From: a virus | Taxonomy: Duplodnaviria; Caudoviricetes | IMG/VR virus record: IMGVR_UViG_3300010167_000010 | Coordinates: 192,001-256,000 of that record | DNA: 64,000 nt | Direction: 5' to 3' (one strand) | Part shown: in pieces, positions 57,921 through 64,000 of the stretch | How the letters are laid out: the number at the start of each line of letters is the position of its first letter | How positions within the stretch are numbered: the first letter of the stretch is position 1 | Notes under the pieces: model-generated | Databases searched by the model: none | What the model was told of the DNA's origin: nothing | What the model saw: only the letters and a program-made list of their open reading frames with translations | Position numbers and translations under genes: made by a program

Positions 57921-60635
57921 TTAAATTTGTGGAAGATTTTCTAAAATTAAAGTAACAGTTTCACTGAATACATTAACTCTAATATCAACCTTCATAACAA
58001 AGTTTCTTTGAGCCTTAGTCATTGGAGTATTTTGTCCAGTAATATCACAAGTTGCCATTGCCCAAATTGGTGATGAACCACCCGTTCTTCTAGCTAAAAT
58101 ACTTTCAACTTGAGTTTGTCTTAATCCCATCCAATATTCGTTTATCGGTTTCATAATTTGTGGTCTCATTACATTATCTCTAATTTCTCTCTTAACAAGT
58201 TGGAAAGATAATGAGTGTCCTAAGAATGACCAGTCAGATAAGAAATTTGGATCTTGTGTAGTTTTTTGAGATACAATCATTAAACCATCATCAGATGTAA
58301 ATACGATTGGGTTAATTCCCTTAGTATCTAAAGTTTTTGTTGCTTCATCTTCAAATTGATATCTTGATCTTAATACGCTTCTCTTTAATTGTCCACCTAA
58401 ATCACCGGCAATATTATACCAAGCTGGTGCCCAACCACCGTATTTTCTTTCTACAATTCTCATTAAGTTACATCCAATATCACCTACTGGTTGACACCAA
58501 TACTTCTTAAATGTAATTGGATCATACATTTCAAATTCACCACAATATTGTGCATTAGAACGAGTTGCAACTCTTCCTGATACAATTGCTCTTTGTGCAA
58601 TTTGATCTGTTACTACACCTTTATTATTAGGTGTCATAAGTTTTGGAGAGATAACAGCAGCTAATTCTTGTTGTTGACTTATTGTTGCTAAATCACCTTT
58701 GAATTGTTCTTGACCAGTTAATTCCATAAAAATATAAACGTCATCATATTCTGGTAAAAGAGCTTCTTGTAAACCTTCTCTGATAATTGGACCAAATTCT
58801 GGTCTCCATGCTCCACCTACTTTTTGTTCGAGTAAGTTCATAGTTACGAGAAGAGTCATATATCTATCACCTTCAATAGTGAAACCTCTTTCAGTAAATA
58901 TATTTCCATCACCGTCCATATCGAAAGGATCTACAATTCTTCTATGTGTCCAAAAACCTGTTCCGTCTAAATCGTCTGCATCATCGCCGAATTTCTTTAA
59001 TACTCTAACTTCAATAAATGATACGTCATCGTCTTGAAGTATTTCTGGGAAATAAATATTACTTCCAAATGAGTCAACACCTCTTTCATCAAGAGAACCA
59101 GTAAACTCACCGCCAGATGTTCTTCTGCCAATATAAACTTCTTCTGAACAACCAACTGTTAAAGCATTAAACCAAATATTTTTTGGTGCACTATCACCAG
59201 TTGACATCCCTCTTACGTATGCGTTTGGACCATCTTGACCAAACTTAGCAATATACTCTTCTTCAGTTAAAAGATGTTTAATAGATGTTGCTGTTTCAAC
59301 ATAAAATATTTTATGGAATAAATCATTATTAGTAACATTAATTATAGAATTTTGACAAGTAAAGTATTGTGTTGCAAATTGTCCAGTAACAACACTATGG
59401 AAAGGTGTTGCACCTTCTTCATTTAATTGACCAATATAAGCAACTCTTTCTGGTCTAGCAGGATCAAAGAATGCAATAAATTCATTATCTAAAACTGCTT
59501 GTCTTATAGCTTGTTGTTGATCTTGTGGAATTCCAGAAGGCATTTGTACTACAAGTCTTCCAGTATTATCGAACTCAGTTCTATTAAATGGTGCATAAGC
59601 GAATAATCTATCATATCGATATTTATCGTAACCCATCATAGAAATACGAATATCAGTTGGAATTTCAGTTGGACCTTTTTGCATAAAATAACAATATGTG
59701 TCATTTCTTAAAGTTACTAAGAATGTAATTATATCTTGTAAACCAAATGGGATATTATAAGTTACACTACCAACTTGAACAAAACCGTCAACTAAAAGTT
59801 TCATTAAACTAGAAAGCATTGGTTGCGGATTACTTTCGTCGCCGTTTCCAATTACTAATGCATCATAATTTACTTGACCAATAAAATCTCTTAATGGGAT
59901 TCTATCATCACCCATATTATATTTAAATCCAAAATCTGCCATAGAAGCTGTTTGGCTTGAGAATGACCAGAAATCACCGTCATTATCTCCCCAGAAAGTT
60001 TTGACTGTCCCAACGCCAGAAACTAAACCGTCTCTCATTACGTCATAATCAATATCAGTTACATTTAATCTTCTATCTTTAGTTAAGATAAGAGCACTGT
60101 TATCATCTTTCTTAAATTCAAATACTCCATATCCAGGTTCACCAACATCTGGTGTAAAATCTTCTAGTTCAGGTGCTTGTATAATTATTCTGGTAAGTCT
60201 GTTACTAAAGTCAGCATTGAACATATGTTCTCTACCAGGTTCGACTGCTACTTTATAAGCGTTACCAACATTGTCAGCTAATTCTTGTTTATCAGATATA
60301 TTATAAAATTTATAAAGTCCGTTTTTTGTTACATAAAAACCACCAAGGTATGATGGATATGCAGCACTAGTTCCAGGAGGCGCAGATATATATAATGGAT
60401 ATTCGTCATTGAAGGCCTTTGCTTCTACAAGATCTGGCCAATGTGCTGAACCTACACCACCTAATGCATCAATCGCTTGTGCACTACCTTGTGGAAAATA
60501 AGTTGGTCTTTGATTTCCTTTAGGAGCTCTACAAACCATGTACCCATTGAGTGGGCTCTCAGCTGTTGATAAAACAAATGAAGAATCTATATCTATAAAT
60601 TTTAATCTCCAAGATCTTCTATTATTAAATGCCAT
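57921..60635 (-). CDS. Contractile tail sheath protein
   Basis: IDIDSS..RAPKG N-terminus; GGWAPAW, GINPI, SQKT and C-terminal sheath-like segment; AAGGAG SD. Confidence 0.85.
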   Translation of the reverse strand: MAFNNRRSWRLKFIDIDSSFVLSTAESPLNGYMVCRAPKGNQRPTYFPQGSAQAIDALGGVGSAHWPDLVEAKAFNDEYPLYISAPPGTSAAYPSYLGGFYVTKNGLYKFYNISDKQELADNVGNAYKVAVEPGREHMFNADFSNRLTRIIIQAPELEDFTPDVGEPGYGVFEFKKDDNSALILTKDRRLNVTDIDYDVMRDGLVSGVGTVKTFWGDNDGDFWSFSSQTASMADFGFKYNMGDDRIPLRDFIGQVNYDALVIGNGDESNPQPMLSSLMKLLVDGFVQVGSVTYNIPFGLQDIITFLVTLRNDTYCYFMQKGPTEIPTDIRISMMGYDKYRYDRLFAYAPFNRTEFDNTGRLVVQMPSGIPQDQQQAIRQAVLDNEFIAFFDPARPERVAYIGQLNEEGATPFHSVVTGQFATQYFTCQNSIINVTNNDLFHKIFYVETATSIKHLLTEEEYIAKFGQDGPNAYVRGMSTGDSAPKNIWFNALTVGCSEEVYIGRRTSGGEFTGSLDERGVDSFGSNIYFPEILQDDDVSFIEVRVLKKFGDDADDLDGTGFWTHRRIVDPFDMDGDGNIFTERGFTIEGDRYMTLLVTMNLLEQKVGGAWRPEFGPIIREGLQEALLPEYDDVYIFMELTGQEQFKGDLATISQQQELAAVISPKLMTPNNKGVVTDQIAQRAIVSGRVATRSNAQYCGEFEMYDPITFKKYWCQPVGDIGCNLMRIVERKYGGWAPAWYNIAGDLGGQLKRSVLRSRYQFEDEATKTLDTKGINPIVFTSDDGLMIVSQKTTQDPNFLSDWSFLGHSLSFQLVKREIRDNVMRPQIMKPINEYWMGLRQTQVESILARRTGGSSPIWAMATCDITGQNTPMTKAQRNFVMKVDIRVNVFSETVTLILENLPQI

Positions 60636-60666
60636 ATTTTATCTCCTTATTTTGAGCTTTTTTCAT
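60625..60666 (-). CDS. 13-aa upstream leader ORF overlapping sheath start
   Basis: AGGAG-N7-ATG giving MKKAQNKEIKYGI*; contains the sheath SD. Confidence 0.4.
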   Translation of the reverse strand: MKKAQNKEIKYGI

Positions 60667-60710
60667 TAAAATTCTCCTATATAAAATTTAGTAAAGTAAT
60701 TAGTCATATC

Positions 60711-62384
60711 TTACCAATTCTTTTTTCCTTCTGCTGGATAATAAATTGGACTCTTAAAGTTTTTAGGGTCCTCTTCATAATCAGCTCGTCTCTTTGCATT
60801 ATCGGCATATAGATTAGTCCTCATTTTTATATAATCTAAAAAATCATCTTCTCTTTTTCCAAATTTTTTCTGGTACCATTTATCTTGCATTAATTCATCT
60901 AATACTTCTTCCGGGCCCATTCCACCTTTCCAAAGTTCTATAATATCTTCATCCATTTCAGTATTAGCATGTGGAATAAAATTACATGTTTCTGTATCAG
61001 TATTTATACTAACATCACTTCCTAATAAAAAATTATGAAGAAATCCTTTCTTTTTAGTTAAAGATTCATGTAATATTCGAAGTTCGTCTGTTATATCTTC
61101 TCTATTGTTAACTCTATCAAAATAATCTTCAAATTCTTCTTCAGTAATTTTTCCTTCATCAACTAATTTTTCTAATTTATCAAATAAATCCATTCTGAAT
61201 TTATCATCACCTTTGAAAAATTTTCTTATTGAACTGCCAGCTTTACTTCTAAATTGATTAGTTGGGAGATATTCTTGATATTTTGGATCATCTTTAAAAT
61301 ATTTCATAAGTATACGATCAACTTCTTTTGAACCAACATAAGACCTAGCCGTAGCTGTCCCACTTGATCGTATTACTTCACAAATTTCTTCATCTGCTAT
61401 ATCAGGGTCTCCTAATGATTCTTCTAATTCACCTGTAAACTTACCAACTGTTCCATCATATATTTTATCGAATATTGATTGTGTATTTGTATCTCTTCTA
61501 AACTTTCTGGCAAACTTATTTCGTTCATCTGTTTTATGATCATCATCTAAATCATCTCTGAATTTATGATATGCTTTTTTATATGCTTCTGATCCCTCTG
61601 GTTCATGTCTAACCATAGGTCTATCTTTATTTTCTATTTTACTCCAACCTTTATTTCTAGGATCACCTAAATCATCAATAGAGTCACTCAATCCTGAATT
61701 ATTTACATCATTAAAAAATAAATTTCCTAAAGTACTTCCTATATTATTTCCTGGTCTTACACCACGAGGAAGACGTGATACAGCAAAATCATTTATCGCG
61801 CCTTCTTTTATATTTGGTTTCCCCCAATTCTCTGGTACTTCTTGAGGATCTTTTCTCCCGGGATCATTTTTACCTTCTTCTGATGCAGACCATTTTTTTA
61901 AGTCGTCAAATACTGAACTACTTTGAGTTTGACCAATTCCAGTTTCAGATAATCTATTTGGAATACAATGAAATAAAGTATGTTTTGGAAACGGACCAAA
62001 ATCTTCTAATAATTGAATATCAGTTCCATAAGTTTTATTTTCACTTAAAACTTTAACAAACGGACATCCTAATTCTTGTTCTCCAGGGTCTGTTACATCT
62101 GGAAGAATATTAGGTGTTGGTTGTCTTCTAGCAAGTGGTCCTAAATTCCAATGAGAAAGTTCTGCTGGAGTTGTAGCTTGATCTATTTTTTGTATAGGAG
62201 GATTCATTATATAAACTTGTGATTCGTCTGGTGGAACATCTTTCATTTGTTGTATATGACTATTTTCTGGCATATTTATTTGACCAGGAGTTACAAAATA
62301 AGCAACATTCATCCCTTGTGGTGGAATAAAACTTATAGCCTTTAAAAAATCTTCTATATTATATTCTTTATTAGTTAAAAACAT
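60711..62384 (-). CDS. Hypothetical charged protein, possible head-internal protein
   Basis: 557 aa; IKE, LEE, LHE sites; AGGAG SD. Confidence 0.55.
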   Translation of the reverse strand: MFLTNKEYNIEDFLKAISFIPPQGMNVAYFVTPGQINMPENSHIQQMKDVPPDESQVYIMNPPIQKIDQATTPAELSHWNLGPLARRQPTPNILPDVTDPGEQELGCPFVKVLSENKTYGTDIQLLEDFGPFPKHTLFHCIPNRLSETGIGQTQSSSVFDDLKKWSASEEGKNDPGRKDPQEVPENWGKPNIKEGAINDFAVSRLPRGVRPGNNIGSTLGNLFFNDVNNSGLSDSIDDLGDPRNKGWSKIENKDRPMVRHEPEGSEAYKKAYHKFRDDLDDDHKTDERNKFARKFRRDTNTQSIFDKIYDGTVGKFTGELEESLGDPDIADEEICEVIRSSGTATARSYVGSKEVDRILMKYFKDDPKYQEYLPTNQFRSKAGSSIRKFFKGDDKFRMDLFDKLEKLVDEGKITEEEFEDYFDRVNNREDITDELRILHESLTKKKGFLHNFLLGSDVSINTDTETCNFIPHANTEMDEDIIELWKGGMGPEEVLDELMQDKWYQKKFGKREDDFLDYIKMRTNLYADNAKRRADYEEDPKNFKSPIYYPAEGKKNW

Positions 62385-62393
62385 TTATTTCTC

Positions 62394-62954
62394 CTATTTT
62401 GTTCCTGTTGGTGATCCAACCCAAGATACTTCTCTTTGTGCACCAGCTTTTAAAGCATCTGAAGTATGTTGTACTACTTGAGATTCTTTATCACTTTTTT
62501 TACCTGATTTTAATTCAGCATCTAAATTATCCCAATCATTACTATTCATTGGTTTTCCTAATTTCCAACCATTTTTTTCTAATTGTTTTCTATAATCATG
62601 TGATTCATTTTGGTCCATATAAAGATAAACATTAAATGATGTATCCTTTTCATTTTTAAAATCCTTAAAAGATGGGGGATTTATACGTGTTGAAACAGCT
62701 GTAACTGGTTCTGTAAAAGATCTTATATGTCTAGGATCTCCATCAATAATAAAAGCTTTACGTACTTCATTTGTTTTTTCCGCTACTACTAATAAAGCAT
62801 CTGATGCTTTAAATTTTATTTTATATTTATTAAAAATTGGAATAAATCCACTTATTATATCATTTATATTATCAGAATTTTCTCTTAATTTAATACCACC
62901 AAAAGGTTCACTTTCTTGTAATTTTTGTAAGTAATCATCATTCCAATATTTCAT
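62394..62954 (-). CDS. Hypothetical protein, possible head-internal protein
   Basis: N-terminal LQES and LRENS. Confidence 0.55.
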   Translation of the reverse strand: MKYWNDDYLQKLQESEPFGGIKLRENSDNINDIISGFIPIFNKYKIKFKASDALLVVAEKTNEVRKAFIIDGDPRHIRSFTEPVTAVSTRINPPSFKDFKNEKDTSFNVYLYMDQNESHDYRKQLEKNGWKLGKPMNSNDWDNLDAELKSGKKSDKESQVVQHTSDALKAGAQREVSWVGSPTGTK

Positions 62955-64000
62955 TATTTTTTAACCCCTTCAATAAAAGCTTGGGGATCATCAAAACATG
63001 CTGCAAAATCTTTAAAATTAGCATGAGATATAATTGAAGATATTTTTGATTCTTCTTCTTTATTTTCTTCTTTATTTTTCATTGCATCAGAAATAACTTC
63101 AGTTGCACCTTGTAAAATATCTACTGCTGCTCCCATCCCCATTCCGGTAAGATTGCCAGCGACACCTTCTAAATCTTTATAAACACCTGCTTTATCTAAT
63201 AATTTATCTAATAAATCATTTCCTTTTGCAGAAGTAACATCATTTGGATTTTCTTTTGCCCATTGAATGTCAGATAAACATCTGACTAAAAAATTTAATT
63301 TATGGGTATTTTCTTTACTGTTCCATTCTTCTACTGCTTTTTGATCTATATTATCTTTATTTAAATTTCCCATAATAGTAGAACCATGCTTAAAAGCTGC
63401 AGCAGCTATAGCTTGGTCGAATTGAAAAACAGTATCATTAGCTATTAAAATATCTTTATCTACACCCATAGATGTTGCCATTCCTGATGGTGCAATAACC
63501 ATTTGTAATTTTGGATATGCAGTTCGCAAACCTGCAAAAGTTCTACCAAATGCATAATTATCATCTTTAATTTTATTATGACCATTAGCTAATAATGAAC
63601 ATATTTTAGTTCCAGACATTCCCCAATATCCTGTCGTTGCACAGTCTAATGTGGATACGTTTGCAATTATCATATTTTCCATACTAAAATTTTGTAATTT
63701 ATTAGCATTAACTTTATTTTTATCATTAAGAATTTCTTGAATATTTGAATCAAAAGTATAATTACTAAAAGCCTTATTAGCGTCTGCAATAAGTGGATTC
63801 ATAGGAAATACATATAAAAAAGAAGCATTTTGACCAGCTTCACCTTCGTTACCTCGTTCAACAGTTCCACCAGTTTGTGTTATATTAGTTTGTTTAAGTT
63901 CATATAATCTATCTTTACTAAAGTCTACTCCAATTTCAACTTCAAATAAATGATTATATTCTGCATGGGCAGCACTTTCAAATCGATCAATATTTTTATC
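62954..64000 (-). CDS. Hypothetical protein, 5'-truncated by window edge
   Basis: Frame stays open for 66 codons upstream of ATG 63802, up to base 64000. Confidence 0.65.
   Translation of the reverse strand, partial: DKNIDRFESAAHAEYNHLFEVEIGVDFSKDRLYELKQTNITQTGGTVERGNEGEAGQNASFLYVFPMNPLIADANKAFSNYTFDSNIQEILNDKNKVNANKLQNFSMENMIIANVSTLDCATTGYWGMSGTKICSLLANGHNKIKDDNYAFGRTFAGLRTAYPKLQMVIAPSGMATSMGVDKDILIANDTVFQFDQAIAAAAFKHGSTIMGNLNKDNIDQKAVEEWNSKENTHKLNFLVRCLSDIQWAKENPNDVTSAKGNDLLDKLLDKAGVYKDLEGVAGNLTGMGMGAAVDILQGATEVISDAMKNKEENKEEESKISSIISHANFKDFAACFDDPQAFIEGVKK

Noticed and set aside
1-64000. Stop-codon reassignment as seen in some large phages
   Set aside because: Standard code gives dense, intact ORFs, TAG and TGA both end genes, and no suppressor tRNA is seen
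1-64000. CRISPR array, diversity-generating retroelement/retron, integrase or IS element
   Set aside because: I saw no direct-repeat array, reverse transcriptase, recombinase or transposase motifs

Overview
Very AT-rich, gene-dense 64-kb segment of a large (probably jumbo) T4-like myophage genome, read in the standard genetic code. Structural genes: a T4 gp23-like major capsid protein (19837-21798), a contractile tail sheath (57921-60635), a gp6-like baseplate wedge (52094-54730), a GLUG-repeat fibre and a 4671-aa baseplate/tail protein. Replication and recombination genes: SbcC/Rad50, a Pif1/RecD-like helicase and a DnaX-type clamp loader. Accessory genes: two orphan DNA methyltransferases, RNA ligase, tRNA-Leu(UAA) next to a free-standing endonuclease, PotD lipoprotein, an outer-membrane beta-barrel, HddA-like kinase with glycosyltransferases, Nudix, SLOG and a Mesh1-like HD hydrolase. 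Most notable: (1) a translationally coupled array of unrelated small proteins that start with an MKTFx(E/Q)I..E peptide resembling the T4 capsid-targeting sequence, including a probable ADP-ribosyltransferase and a GNAT-like protein, headed by an acidic (I/L)xE-punctuated protein, i.e. a candidate cassette of packaged and injected effectors; (2) an A-B-A-B tandem of radical SAM genes; (3) three recurring upstream motifs (WCTAAWTA, WGTTAAT, CTTATATAATA) that sort genes into apparent late, middle and early classes, many apparently leaderless; (4) a protein with a ribosomal uS3-like KH domain; (5) small coiled-coil proteins sharing a C-terminal L(F/L)D motif. A diderm, possibly spirochaete, host is inferred. 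All calls come from reading motifs by eye; no searches were run.
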